Assembly (NCBI RefSeq): GCF_964213995.1
Contig: NW_027590338.1
Location: 62,001-126,000, forward strand
Reading direction: 5' to 3'
DNA from: Mustelus asterias
Taxonomy: Eukaryota
DNA length: 64,000 nt
Shown piece after piece: positions 47,305 to 60,996 of this stretch. The notes below the pieces were generated by a model, which had not been told where the DNA came from, made no database searches, and saw only the letters and a list, made by a program, of their open reading frames with translations. Made by a program: the position numbers and the translations under genes. The number at the start of each line of letters is the position of its first letter. Position 1 is the stretch's first letter.

Positions 47305-49906
47305 CGGCTCTGCTCTGATTCTGCTGTTGTTAATCAGATTCAGGACTGAACCTTGTTCATTCTGACATTGGGGAAGTGTTGATGATGTTGCTGCAAAGTA
47401 CAGTAACTGGGCTGGAGTCGACAGAATTTGCATTCATATAGCACCTTTCACAACCTCAGGACATCTCTGTGCGCAGTCAGCCTCCACAAGCAGCAATGTG
47501 ATGAGGGGCAGTGATCTGTTTTTAGGGAGATTGGGTGAGGGGTAATATTGGATTCAGTGGGGTAAACCACATCAACAATGTGATAATGAGCAGTGTTCTG
47601 TTTTCAGTGAGATTGGGTGAGGGGTAATATTGGTTTCAGCAGGGTGAGCTCCCTCCTCTCCTTCCAAATAGAAGCCGTGTGATCTTTCACCTCAGAGAGC
47701 AGACGGGACCCTCGGGTTAACATCCTCATATTGGTGAAGTGAAGAACCTTCATTCTGAGACAATTGAAGAATCAGCACTTAATAGTTGTACTTGTCAGAC
47801 TGGTAATATAACCTGTAACACAAAGTCTGTAATGTTTTATTATAATAAATAATATGATTTTACGTACACTGGTCATAAATCATGAGAACTGTCAAATTAT
47901 GTTTTCCAGCCAATCTAGAAAGATAAGGTCGAGCTCACAAAACATTTATGGCTTTGACAAGTTACATTAAGTTGGGAATAAATGGGACCTTACCCAAGCT
48001 GTCTCATTTATTCAGTAGACCTTTGTACTCAGACATCAGGAGATGCCAGTAGGTGTCAGGGGCCAATCAGACAATTAAGTTAATCAATTATCATTCAACA
48101 CTGAGGCTAATTTGAGTTAAGCAAATATGAGTTGAAGGGGTTAAAATAAAGGTTTTGAGTAGCCATTCTGTTAACATGTATCATGTCTGATGATCATTTC
48201 ACGTCTTTGGCCTGATCAACCGAGGAAAGTTGTGAGAAGTCTGTTTCATTGTTAAAGATGAGCTTTCTCCTCCTGTCAATCACTGTTAATTCAAACTTTG
48301 CTTTTTATCTTTCTAACTTGTTACCTTTCTACCTTTTAATGGTTAATAAATCATCTGAATTTACCAATTAGAATGTTCATTCTGGCCAGATAGTTAAATC
48401 TTGTAGATTTAATTTAAAATTGGGGATTTATTGCAAACAACTTCTACCTGATAAATCAACTTCAAAGCGCAAATGCTGCCTGGATTTGGTGTCTCGGTGT
48501 AAGTGGTCCCTGGATTTGGTTTCTCAGTCCATGTGGGCCCCGCACTGCTTTCAACCCAACTGTCTGTCTCAGATCTTTCATTGATTTCAATTTAATGGAA
48601 ACTGGGAGTTGGGACCTGTCAACATTTGAAATATATTTACAAATGTTTGGAGGGTTTCTTACAGTTGGGACCTTTCTCTGTTCTGTCCACTCAAGATGTT
48701 GGGTAACAGACTTTCTCCTGTGAATATCCAGCTGGAGTTTTGGGCCCTGATGTGTTTCCTTGTTCATCTTGTTGACTCTAAATATTGAATCTTGTGGTTT
48801 CATACATCAGATAATCAAACTCCCAACAACCGATTGTCTTTAACTGACTTTATTACAGCACTGCAATAATAGACAGAGTATAGTTACTTGTTCTGCAGAA
48901 CAGAGGTAATACAATAGATTCAGAGCTCTCTATCCTGAGCAAGCTATTCAGTTGTGTCAAATTGCTACAGAAGAGTCAATGATAAAACCAGACTGACCAC
49001 CCCGCATTGACCTAGGTTCCAGAAATGATAAAAGCACACTGTTCCCAAGTTAATCCTGCAAAGAATTCCTGGCTAACAGCTGGGGGCTTGTGCCAAAGTT
49101 GGCAGAGATTTTCTGAAAGACGTGGGTTCACCTCAACTTAAATGTAAGACTTAGAGTCAATTACAGTTGTTGGGTTTAGTTGGGAGAGCTGATCTAAAAG
49201 GGACTTTCATTTACAACTAGCTACAGGACCATACTGGGTGCAAATATTGTTCCAAGCTTTACAGAATTTACTAAGTTAATCACATAAGTACAAAATGCAA
49301 AACTTAACAAAGACAGTGGAAGCAGTCAGTTCACTTTGTAACGCTGGCTCACAACTTCCAGCCGACTGCGGCACTGTTTCTTGTTGTTGATTGTTGTCTA
49401 TCTTCTTCCTGCTCAGCTTCTCTGAGGTGTGAACTGGGCAGCTGAAAGCTGATGGTTATTAACCATTTCTAGACACAGCCCCTGTGCACGATCAATGGTG
49501 TTCCTGAACTCTGGTTCACCATGATCAGTCCCTGATTGATTTAGATGGTGTGTAATCAGTTTCTGATTGGTTTCTTAATGGTGATGGTCATCTACTGACC
49601 ATTTCCTGCAATCTCCCGACTGGCCCTCTAATGTATCAGTTACTTACGGAGTTTGCCCCATATGCCTTTTCTGTGATTTTATTAAATTTTATGGCTTTAT
49701 ACTGAGATAATGGAGACCTAAAGATATCTTCTTTGTCACTTATTTGAAATAAGCAAGTTTATGGTGTCAAATCCCAATGGTTAACATTTGGGTTCATTGT
49801 TTCAAATGTCTCATTGATGTGTCGACCTTTTAGAGTTCTCATTGGGGCAGGTGACTATCAGTATATTTTGATTAAAGAAACTACTTGCTGGTTTTTGTCG
49901 TGACTG

Positions 49907-50206
49907 CAGTAAGAGTTTTAACAACACCAGGTTAAAGTCCAACAGGTTTATTTGGCAGCAAATGCCATTTGCTTTCAGAGTACTACTCCTTCATCAGATG
50001 GAGTGGAAATGTGCTCTCAAACAGTGCACAGAGAGACAAAATCAAGTTACAGAATACTGATTAGAATGCGAATCTCTACAGCCAACCAGGTCTTAAAGAT
50101 ACAGACAATGTGAGTGGAGGGAGCATTAAGCACAGGTTAAAGAGATGTGTATTGTCTCCAGACAGGACAGCCAGTGAGATTCTGCAAGTCCAGGAGGCAA
50201 GCTGTG
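49907..50206 (-). mobile_element. Penelope pLTR fragment with a mutated hammerhead
   Basis: Reverse complement of 43218-43519. Ribozyme-like CTGATGAAGGAGTAGTACTCTGAAAGCAA has lost the cleavage-site U. Confidence 0.75.
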
Positions 50207-50559
50207 AGACACTGAGGGGTTAACAGTTCCAGACCTCAGCTCATCCAGAGTTGATGGGATCCACAGGACTCTGTAATTAAAGTATAAAAGTGTAGCTTTA
50301 CACCGGCCTCGGGTCATGTGATGTATTTCACTTGTCAAATAAGGATGCAGCGACAGACAAAGCCAGTTACATGATACTAACGTATTACAATTCAGCAGAA
50401 TATCACATCAGGTTAATTGATTAATAAGCTTCAATTACTTGATCATTACACATAACTAAGCTACAAACTATTAAATATGACCATTCCGACAGTCAAACAG
50501 TTCAGTCAAGCAACAGGCTGACACAGTCATACTTTGAATCATATCTTACTGCCAATGTC

Positions 50560-51710
50560 TCACAGGAACAAGGAGCAGGATTCGGCTATTTGGTCCCTTG
50601 AGTCTGCTCCACCATTTAATCAGATCAGGGCTGATCTGATAGTAACCTTAAATTTGCATCCTGCCTACCCCCAATAATCTATCGCCCACTTGCTTGCCAA
50701 GAATCTATCAACATCTGCCTTAAAAATATTCAAAGACTCTGCTTCCACCGTCTTTTCAGAAGAGTGTTCCAGAGGTTCACGACCCTCTGAAAGAAAATAT
50801 TTCACCTCATCTCCGTTTTAAATGTGCGAACCCTTATTTTTAAACAGGGACCTCTCGCTCTCGATTCTCACACAAAAGGAAACATCCTTTCCACATCAAC
50901 CTGTCAAGACCCTTCAGGATCTTCTATGTTTCGATCAAATTTATCTTACTCTTCTAAACTCCAGCAGACACAAACCAAGCCTGTCCAAGCTTTACCCATA
51001 ATCCACACATTTCTGACATTAGTCTGGTCAATCGACTGCTTCCAATGTATTTACATCCTTGCTTAAACAAGATGACCAATACTGTACACCGTACTCCAGA
51101 TGTGGTCTCACTGGTGCTCTGGATAACTGAAGCATAACCTCCATATTTATGTAATCAATTCCCCTCACAAATGATAGCTTTCCTAATTACTTGCTTTACC
51201 TGCTGACAAGCTTTTTGTGATTCATGCAAAGAACAGGGACAGGCCCTTCGGCCAACGCTGATCACATTGTCCTCTCGAGACCAACCGCTTATATCCCTCT
51301 ATTCCCCATCTGTTCATGTGTCTATCCAGATAAGTCTTAAATGTCACTAACGTATCTGCCTCAACCACCTCACTTGGCAGTGCATTCCAGGCCCCCACCA
51401 CCCTCTGTGTAAAAAGACTTCCCCGCACATCTCCACTGAACCTTTCCCCCTTATCTTGAACTTGTGCTGCCTTGTAATTGTCATTTCTGCCCTGGCAAAA
51501 AGGTCCCAAGTGTTCACCCTATCCACACCCCTCATCATTTTATAAACGTCTATCAGGTCACGCCTCAGCCTCCATCTTTCCAGGGAGAACAATCCCAGGT
51601 TATTCAATCTCCAGAACACCCAGATCCCTCTGCATCTCAGAGCTCTACAATCTCTCACCATTTAGATAATCTGCTTCCCTTTTATCCTTCCTGCCAAAAT
51701 GTGCTGTCCT
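50560..51710 (-). mobile_element. Nested CR1-type LINE 3' fragments
   Basis: LGLFSLERWRLRRDLIDVYKMMRG and FTQRVVGAWNALP on the - strand. A younger piece (51225-51610) sits inside an older one. Confidence 0.75.
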
Positions 51711-51796
51711 ACCAGCAGTTCAGACCTGAGTAGAGGGAGCAGCACAGAGGTGTACAGTGCAAGTGAGTCATCCTGGGAGTCCTCAACTTGAAATTC

Positions 51797-52150
51797 TTTT
51801 TTATTAATTCGTGGGAAATGGGCATTGCTGGATGGCCAGCATTTATGGTCCAGTCCTTGTTGCCCTTGAGCTGAGTGACTTGCGAGGCCATTTCAGAGGG
51901 AGTCACATGTAGGCCAGACAGGGTAAGGAGAGCAGATTTCCTTCCCTAAAGGGCATTAGTGAACCAGATGGGTTTTTTACGATAATCAACAATGGTTTTA
52001 TGGTCATCAGTAAATTCTTAATTCCAGATTTTTTATTGAATTCAAATTCCACCAACTGATGTGGCAGGATTCGAAACCCAGTCCCCAAATCATTAGCTGA
52101 GTTTCTGGATTAATAGTTCAGCAATAATACCACCAAGTCATCACCTCCCC
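51797..52150 (-). mobile_element. SINE family 2
   Basis: Reverse complement of the 270-625 element, including the tRNA-like head (GGTTTCGAATCC). Confidence 0.7.
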
Positions 52151-52837
52151 TAGTTCAACATGGAGTGTAGGAGAACAAGTCAGGAGCAGCACTGGGCACC
52201 CTAAAACTGAGATTCCAACCTGGTTACTCTGTAACATGGGACTATAAGCACGCTGAACAGCAGAGGCAGCATGTTCCAGGCAGGGCCAAGCGATCCCACA
52301 AACAACGGATCAGATCAAAGCTGCAGTCCCCCCACATCCAGTCGTGAATGGTGGGGGACAATTAAACAAATCACAGAGAGAGAAAGCTCCACAAATATCA
52401 CCATCCTCAATGATTGGGGATCAGTGCAAACAACTGTGATTTATCTTTTGTGATCGCGGATGTGTTACTGATACCTTCCCTGGGCTCCGATGCCAGGAAA
52501 GACACTCTGGAAGGTATGGGGAGCTGGGACTTGTCCATGAGAGTAACTGAAGGTATGAGAACTGAAATAATATAGAGTTAGAAAGGAGAAAAGGCCACAA
52601 AAATTCAACAAGACATTGATTAATCTGTTCTTATCCTGGAGAAATGAAGATGCCGGCTTTGTGTCTTAAACAATATTAGTTCAGTTGACATTTATCCAGA
52701 GTATTAAACTTCAGCCCAGTTATAGCGATCACTAACATTAGCAAAAACAAACTCCAACTGTCAGAATGAACACGGTTCAGTCCTGGATGTGATTAACAGC
52801 CGCAATAACAACAGAATCCAACCCCTCCAGACACTTG

Positions 52838-53827
52838 TCAATTTAGAAGATGGGTTGACTGAGTGAATTCCATCTCACACTCAGAGAAGGTGAACGGTCT
52901 CTCTCCATTGTGAGTGTGTTGGTGTCTCAGCAGGTGGGGTGAGTGAGAAAATCCCTTCCCGCACTCAGAGCAAGTGAACGGTTTCTCCCCGGTGTGAATG
53001 TGCTGGTGTGTTTGCAGGTTGGATGAGCGAGTGAATCCCTTTCCACAGTCAGAGCAGGTGAACGGTCTCTCCCCGGAGTGAACTTGCTGGTGTCTCAGCA
53101 GAACACTTGAGGTCTTAAAGCTCTTCTCACATTCAGAACATTTGAAAGGTTTCTTATCCGAGTGAACAAGTTGGTGTGATCTGAGGCTGGTTAAATAAAT
53201 GAATCCTTTTCCACACAAGGAGCAGGTGAACGACCTCTCCCCGGTGTGAACTCGCTGGTGTTTCTGGAGGCTGGATAACAGAGTGAATCCCTTCCCACAC
53301 ACTGTACATCTGAATGGCCTCTCCTTGTTGTGAACTCGCTGGTGTATCAGCAGATCACTTGTGGTTTTATAACTCTTCGCACATTCAGTACATTTGAAAG
53401 GTCTGTTATCAGTGTGAACCAGTCGGTGTGTAGCGAGGTGGGATGATCGTGTGAATCCCTTCCCACACACAGAGCAGGTGAACGGCCTTTCCCCAGTGTG
53501 AATGCGTTTGTGTTCAATGAGATTCTGTGATCGCTTAAATAACTTCCCACAGTAAGAGCAGCAGAACTGTTTCTCGGTGTGAATAGATTGGTGCATGACC
53601 AGGTCCTCAGGGCTTTTAGAGTTGTGATCAACGTCAGCATGGTTAAAAAGCCTCTCTTCAATGTGAACTTGCTGGTGGGTCAGCAGGTGGGATGACTGAA
53701 TGAATCCTTTCCCGCACATGGAGCAGGTGAATGGTCTCTCCCCAGTGTGACTGCGCCGATGCATTTCCAGCAGCGATGGGTAACTGAATCCCTTCCCACA
53801 GTCCCCACATTTCCATGGTTTCTCCAT
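52838..53827 (-). CDS. C2H2 zinc-finger protein (10 intact plus 2 degenerate fingers)
   Basis: ATG at 53827 (GCACCATGG). Finger 3 lacks its cysteines and the last finger is truncated by a stop. Confidence 0.88.
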   Translation of the reverse strand: MEKPWKCGDCGKGFSYPSLLEMHRRSHTGERPFTCSMCGKGFIQSSHLLTHQQVHIEERLFNHADVDHNSKSPEDLVMHQSIHTEKQFCCSYCGKLFKRSQNLIEHKRIHTGERPFTCSVCGKGFTRSSHLATHRLVHTDNRPFKCTECAKSYKTTSDLLIHQRVHNKERPFRCTVCGKGFTLLSSLQKHQRVHTGERSFTCSLCGKGFIYLTSLRSHQLVHSDKKPFKCSECEKSFKTSSVLLRHQQVHSGERPFTCSDCGKGFTRSSNLQTHQHIHTGEKPFTCSECGKGFSHSPHLLRHQHTHNGERPFTFSECEMEFTQSTHLLN

Positions 53828-55284
53828 GGTGCAGGTGTTCTTATCTGTTCAAGCCTTGTCCACACACAACATGTGTATTGCTTCTAAGTAAGGCTATTAA
53901 GGGTTATGGGACAAGGCAGAAAATTGGATTGTCATATCAGATCAGCCGTGATCTCATTGAATGGAGGAGCAGACTCGATGCGTCCAATGGCCTAATCCTG
54001 ATCCTAATTCTTATGATCTTATGGTTCTCTGCTGTGAATGGTGTGATGTTTCTTTCAGGCTGTGTAACTGGTTAAAGCTCTTTCCAGTCAGTTCACTCTC
54101 ACTCAGGTCTGTGTCTCGGTGCTTTTCCAGTCACACTGATGTTTGAAATTGTTTCCCACCGCCAGAACAGACAAACATTTCTCCTTCCACATTTAAAGGT
54201 AGACAATATTCAGGTTCTGATGAATTGAGTGACTCTGTCAGATCTTGATGTGATGTTTGGTTTCCATTTCCCATCTGCAATTCATCGTCCTCGTGGACCT
54301 TGTAAAAGACATTGACAGAGTCAGTATCGCTGTCAGTACAGGACAGAAATTCAGAACAAACAATTCTAGTTTCCATGGAATATTATTTCAAATCTTGTTT
54401 CCCCAATCTTGTGAACCAATCGAACTTCCATCTGAACTAAACCAGAACTTTGTTTCCAGTGTTTGCGAGACACTCTGTACCCTGAGTTGTGGAAGATATC
54501 GAGTGTTCCAGTCGACACTGTCTGCTCCCTCTCCAGGACCACACGAGCACGGACAAGAAAGTTAAAGTTTATTTTTATTAGTCACAAGTAAGGCTGACAG
54601 TAACACTGTAATGAAGTTACTGTGAAACCACAGAAGAGGGGCCCACAGCCAAGTTACCCTCTGCTGAACTACAAATTACTGTTTTAACCAGCCCCAAGAG
54701 CAGGTCCAGGAAAAGATCCTCTGACCTCCCCAGTCTCCTCCACACTGGGCAGCCAACGAACAGGAGCGTGGGGCAGAACAGAATTGTAACTAAAAGTGGA
54801 GAAGCAGCTCCTTCAGGGGTTGCAATCTCTCACACTGAATATGTACATGGCTCGTGGATTTCTCGAGGCTGCAATTTAAAGAGGAAAAAACAGTGATAAA
54901 CACAAAGGCAGGTTGTGAAATTGAGCTGAATGAATCTGGTCATTTGTGGAGCCGGCACAAGGAAGAAGTGACTCCGGAAGCTGCTGGATTGTGATTAAAA
55001 ACCCAAATGGTTTGTTAATGTCCTTCAATGCAGGAAACCTGCCACCCAGTCCAGATCTACACAAGAATTCAGCCTCAATGGGAGGAGAAAGATGAAGATG
55101 AAACAGGGAGGGAATGAACGGTAAGGACTTTATACATCTACAACTGGACAAGAACTGACAGAACCTGCCAAACCACAACCTTCACCAACTCAAAGGATGC
55201 AGGAAAATTCACCTCCAAATGTCGTTTTCAATCTCAAGTCTCAAAACAACTTGTAATCCTGAGGTAACCTGTATCCTCCTGCAT

Positions 55285-55480
55285 TTAAGGGGCAATTTAG
55301 CATAGCTAATCCACCTAACCTGCACACCTTTGGGGTGTGGGAGGAAACCGGAGCACCTGAAGGAAACTCATGCAGTCACAGAGAGAATGTGCAAACTCCA
55401 CACAGACAGTCACCCAAAGCTGGAATCGAACTTGGATCCCTGGTGCTGTGAGACAACAGTGCTGACCGCTGTGCCACCCT
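55285..55480 (-). mobile_element. HE1-like SINE (partial)
   Basis: Reverse SINE core and head. Confidence 0.75.
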
Positions 55481-56219
55481 GAGCCACTGTACTGTGTTGC
55501 TCGGAAATAAGTTTTAGGATTTTGGCCGAGTGATTGTGAAGGCAGAGCAGTAGACTACCAAGTCAGAATAGTGCGTGATTCTGAAGAGTAAATGCAGGTA
55601 GTGGGGTCTCATGCACAAACTGCCCTTATCCATGTTGGAGGAGAGGTTTGTAGTTTTGGAAGGTGCGGCCAAAGGATGTTTAGCCAATTGCTGATAATTC
55701 TAGAAATGTACATGTTCCAGTTGTGAACTCGCTGGTGCCTCAGCAGTGTGGATGAACGACTGAATCCCTTCCCACACACTGAAAAATTTGAAATTTTTCT
55801 AAATGTAAATTTAATGAAAATCCCTGACAGAACGACTTTTTCCTTACTTGAAACACAGCTTTAAATGGTCCATTTGTTTCTAGACTCAGTTCCATGAGCA
55901 ACGCCTTCAACTAAACAAAATCAAAACACTGCAACTGCTGGAAATCTGAAATGAAAAGAGAAAACGTTGGAAATACTCATCAGGTTAGACAGCATCTATG
56001 GAGACAGAAACAGAATTAATGTTTGCAGCCACTGACGCTTCTCTAATAAAACACATACCAATAGCTGCTGTTTAATGGGGCCGTGGATCCCACAATCCCC
56101 TGTGCCCCAGAAACAGCTCTATCCATCACACACATTTCCCATTATGACACTTCTATGTCAAGAGGGCAAGCTGTTTAAAAGTCATCAAGTTCCATTTTTG
56201 CGTGTTGATGTTCATTAAA

Positions 56220-57055
56220 GATACGGCAGTGGGCTGACGAATGGCAGATGGAATTTAGACAAATGTGAGGTGATGCATTTTGGTAGATTGAACCAGGGCA
56301 GGACTTACTCAGTTAACGGTAGGGCGTTGGGGAGAGTTACAGAGCAAAGATATCTAGGGGTACATGTTCATAGCTCCTTGAAAGTGGAGTCACAGGTGGA
56401 CAGAGTGGTGAAGAAGGCATTCGGCATGCTTGGTTTCATTGGTCAGAACATTGAATACAGGAGTTGGAATGTCTTGTTGAAGTTGTACAAGACATTGGTA
56501 AGGCCACACTTGGAATACTGTGTGCAATTCTGGTCACCCTATTATAGAAAGGATATGATTAAACTAGAAAGAGTGCAGAAAAGATTTACTGCAATGCTAC
56601 CGGGACCTGATGGTTTGAGTTACAAGGAGAGGCTGGATAGACTGGGACTTTTTTGTCTGGAGCGTAGGAGGCTGAGGGGTGATCTTATAGAGGTCTGTAA
56701 AATGATGAGGGGCACAGATCAGCTAGATAGTCAATATCTTTTCCCAAAGGTAGGGGAGTCTAAAACTAGAGGGCATAGGTTTAAGGTGAGAAGGGAGAAA
56801 TACAAAAGTTTCAGAGGGGCAATTTTTTCACACAGAGGGTGGTAGGTGGCTGGAACAAGCTGCCAGAGATAGTAGTAGAGGTGGGTACAATTTTGTCTTT
56901 TAAAAAGCATTTAGATAGTTACATGGGTATGATGGGTATAGAGGGATATGGGCCAAATGCGGGCAATTGGGATTAGCTTAGGGGTTTTAAAAAAAATGGG
57001 CGGCATGGACAAGTTGGGCCGAAGGGCCTGTTTCCATGCTGTAAACCTCTATGAC
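56220..57055 (+). mobile_element. CR1-type LINE 3' fragment
   Basis: ORF 56270-56845 encodes the RT C-terminal region; tail GGGCCGAAGGGCCTGTTTCCATGCTGTAAACCTCTATGACT. Confidence 0.88.
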
Positions 57056-57209
57056 TTCCCCCTTATTATGTATCAATTTCAGATATTTCGGTCGAGAATT
57101 TCCATTCCCTTACTTTTTGGTGGATAAGGAATGCCTTGAGTACTTAGATTACAGTATAATTTGATTCCTAATGACTGCATCACTGTCCCTAATTTTCACA
57201 TCGCAGCAG

Positions 57210-57620
57210 AAAAAGCTCACTGTTCACAAATGAGGCGTCTCGATGGCGTGCGCTTTACCCACCATTCCTCGCGGTAGTGAATGTCCCCTATCCACAGCAC
57301 GGGAGAGAGCTGCGCATCCGCAGTCAGGTAGTGTGTGGCGCATGCGCAGCGTGAATGATGGCAATGGGGAGAGACATTCCTTTGTCTCATCAGCAACCGG
57401 TAAGGATGCGGATACATGGAGGGAGGATTGGAACCGGCAGATGGACGGAGAGGATTTCTAAATATCTGCTGAAGGTCTCAAACCTCTAATAGTAATCCGC
57501 AGGTCCCGTGTTTACAGCTTCAGGTCTTTTTCCCGGGACGAGGCTCAGGTTAACAGCCGCCATCTTGATTCAGCAGGGAGCGGAGCGCCTGCGCTGGGAT
57601 CTTTGTGACGCAACAGTGAG
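57210..57620. promoter_or_regulatory. CpG-rich, probably bidirectional ZNF promoter
   Basis: GCGCATGCGC (NRF1-like), GATGGCG and GCCGCCATCTTG (YY1-like). Candidate donors CCG|GTAAGG (+, 57400) and ACA|GTGAGC (-, about 57220). Confidence 0.6.
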
Positions 57621-57724
57621 TGGGTGGGGCTTCAGCGCTTTCTGCTCCCAACCGGGTCCTAGTGACCGGATTTCGCAGCAGACTGAGCAACAGGTTTTCA
57701 ACAGCTTCACCCACTCCCAGGGAA

Positions 57725-59540
57725 AATTGGAGCATGGAAGTAAGCTGGCAGGGAACATAAAAACTGACTGTAAAAGTTTCTATAGATATGTAAAGGGAAG
57801 AAGATTGACAAAAACGAATGTTAGAAATGGGAGAATTCATAACGGGGAATAAAGAAATGGCTGAGGGATTAAATTGGTAATTAGCTTCAGTTTTCACAAA
57901 GGAAGACGTGAATAATGTACCAGAAGTGCTGAAAGAAACATGTTTTAGTGAGGGGGCTGAAGGAAATCAGCATCTGTCGAGAAATGGTTTTGGGGAAATT
58001 GATGGATAAAGGTGGATAAATCTCCAGGTCCAGATAATCTTCATCCCAGAGTACTTAAGGAAGTGGTCCTGGAAATAGTAGATACATTGGTGGTTATTTT
58101 CCAAAATTCTTTGGAATCGGTAATAGTTCCTACAGATTGGAGGGTAGCTAATGTAAACCCACTATTCAAAAAGGGAGGGAGAGAGAAAACAGGGAACTAT
58201 AGACCAGTGAGCCTAGAATTCGTACTGGCGAAGTTGCTGGTGTCTATTATCAAGGATTTCACAACTCGGCATTTGGAAGGCAGTGGTATAATCAGACAAA
58301 GACAGCATGGATTTACAAAAGGGAAATCATGCTTGACGAATCTATTGGAATTTTCTAAGGATGTAAGGAGTAGAGTTGACCGAGAAGAACCAGTGGATGT
58401 GGTTTATTTAGACTTTCAGAAGGCTTTCAACAAGGTCTCACATAACAGACTGCTATGTAACGTTAAAGGACATGGTATTGCAGGGAATGTCTTGAGATGG
58501 ATAGAAAGCTGGTTCGCAGATAAGAAGCGAAGCGTTGGCGTAAATGAGTCTTTTTCTGATTGGCAGTCAGTGACTAGTGGGGTTTGTCAGGGATCTGTGC
58601 TTGGACCCCAACTCTTCACATTATATATTAATGATTTGGAAGAGGGAACTGAATGTATTATCTCCAAATTTGCAGGTAATACAAAGTTGGGTGGGAGGGT
58701 GAGCTGTGAGGAGGCTGCAGAGATGCTTTAGCGTGATTTGGACAGGCTGAGTGTGTGGGCGTCAGCATTGCAGATGCAGTATAATGATGATAAATGTGAG
58801 ATTATCCACTTTGGTAGGAATAATAGGAAGACAGATTATTACTTGAATAGGTGTAAATTGAGGGAGGTGTATACTCAACAAGATGTTGGATTCCTCATGC
58901 ATCAGTCGCTGAAAGTAAGTGCGCAGGTACAGTAGGCAGTAAAGAAGGCAAATGATATGTCGGCCTTCATAGCAAGAGGATTTGAGTATAGGGATCGGGA
59001 TGTTTTGCTGCAGTTCTATAGGGCGTTGGTGAGGCCACACCTGGAGTATTGTGTACAGTTTTGGTGTCCTTATCTGAGGAAGGATGTCCATGTTATAGAG
59101 GGAGTACAGCGAAGGTTTACCAGGCTGATTCCTGGGATGGCAAGTCTGTCATATGAGGAGAAACTAAATTGGTTAAGATTATATTCACTGGAGTTTGGAA
59201 GAGTGGGGTCTCATAGAAACTTATAAAATTGTAACAGGGTTAGACAGGGTAGATTCAGAAAGAATGTTCCCAATGGTGGGGGGAGTCCAGAACGTGGGGT
59301 CATAGTTTGAGGATAAGGGGTAAACCTTTCAGAACTGAGGTGAGGAGAAATTTCTTCACCCAGAGGGTGATGAATGTGTGGAATTCACTGCCTCAGAATA
59401 TAGATCAAGGGATATGGAGGAACGGGAGTGGGGGGTGGATTAGGATATTGAATTTGATGATCAACCATAACTATAATGAATGGCGGAGCAAGCTCGAAGG
59501 GCTGAATGACCTACCCCCACTTCTAGATTCTATGTTTCAG
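57725..59540 (+). mobile_element. Degenerate CR1-type LINE ORF2 fragment
   Basis: DKSPGPDNLHPRVLKE..NYRPVSL..QHGF..DFQKAF, with stops and frameshifts. Confidence 0.88.
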
Positions 59541-60099
59541 TGAGAGAAGTTTCCTGAAGCGGTGGCAAAATATTTGGTTACACTTCAGGCTCCTCATATT
59601 TACAGAGAAACATACGAGAAAATAGAAGTGGGGAGGAGGCCACTCGGCCCTTCGAGCCTGCTCCGCTGTTCATTATGGTCATGGCTGATCATCAAATTCA
59701 ATATTGTAATCCCGCCTCCCCCCCCACCCCCACCCCCCGATTCCCTTGATCCCCAAGGAATGTATCTAATTCCTTATTGAAATCAGACTCTACTTCTACT
59801 TTTGAGGAAGGGAGTTCCAAAGATTCAAGACTCTCTGAATGAAAAAAATCTTCTCATCTCTGTCTTCAATGGGCTGCACTGTTTGTTAAACAGTGACCCC
59901 CAGATTCTCCCATAAGAGTAAACATCCTCTCCACATCCAAGATCTTTCAGGATCTTGAATGTTTAAAGTAAGTTGCCTCTTACTCTTTTAAAGTCGAGCA
60001 GAAGCTAAACTTGAGCAGAGACTGTCTCTGGTGTTATTATATGGTAAGAAGTTTAACAACACCAGGTTAAAGTCCAACAGGTTTATTTGGTAGCAAAAG

Positions 60100-60144
60100 C
60101 CACACAAGCTTTCGAGGCTCTAAGCCCCTTCTTCAGGTGAGTGG
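60100..60144 (-). ncRNA. Minimal type I hammerhead ribozyme motif
   Basis: Mirror copy of 60952-60996 with an intact core. Confidence 0.7.
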
Positions 60145-60951
60145 GAATTCTGTTCACAAACAGAACTTATAAAGACACAGACTCAATTTACATGAATAAT
60201 GGTTGGAATGCGAATACTTACAACTAATCCAGTCTTTAAGAAACAAAACAATGGGAGTGGAGAGAGCATCAAGACAGGCTAAAAAGATGTGTATTGTCTC
60301 CAGACAAGACAGCCAGTGAAACTCTGCAGGTCCACGCAACTGTGGGAGTTACAAATAGTGTGACATGAACCCAATATCCCGGTTGAGGCCGTCCTTGTGT
60401 GTGCGGAACTTGGCTATCAGTTTCTGCTCAGCGACTCTGCACTGTCGTGTGTCGCGAAGGCCGCCTTGGAGAACGCTTACCCGAATATCAGAGGCCGAAT
60501 GCCCGTGACCGCTGAAGTGTTCCCCAACAGGAAGAGAACAGTCACCAGGCAAGACTGTTCTCTTCCTGTTGGGGAGCACTTCAGCGGTCACGGGCATTCG
60601 GCCTCTGATATTCGGGTAAGCGTTCTCCAAGGCGGCCTTCGCGACACACGACAGCGCAGAGTCGCTGAGCAGAAACTGATAGCCAAGTTCCGCACACACA
60701 AGGACGGCCTCAACCGGGATATTGGGTTCATGTCACACTATTTGTAACTCCCACAGTTGCGTGGACCTGCAGAGTTTCACTGGCTGTCTTGTCTGGAGAC
60801 AATACACATCTTTTTAGCCTGTCTTGATGCTCTCTCCACTCCCATTGTTTTGTTTCTTAAAGACTTGATTAGTTGTAAGTATTCGCATTCCAACCATTAT
60901 TCATGTAAATTGAGTCTGTGTCTTTATAAGTTCTGTTTGTGAACAGAATTC

Positions 60952-60996
60952 CCACTCACCTGAAGAAGGGGCTTAGAGCCTCGAAAGCTTGTGTGG
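60952..60996 (+). ncRNA. Minimal type I hammerhead ribozyme motif
   Basis: CCACUCAC-CUGAAGA-A-GGGGC/GCCUC-GAAA-GCUU-GUGUGG. Confidence 0.7.

Noticed and set aside
47740-49900. AT-rich unassigned region, including ORF 48462-48803
   Set aside because: No motif or repeat structure that I can support.
55715-55782. Single zinc-finger-like fragment on the - strand
   Set aside because: Less than one finger and no ORF context; a duplication scrap rather than a gene.
60349-60747. Mirror-image 116-aa ORFs on both strands
   Set aside because: An artefact of the palindrome; only the second half of each is Penelope GIY-YIG sequence.
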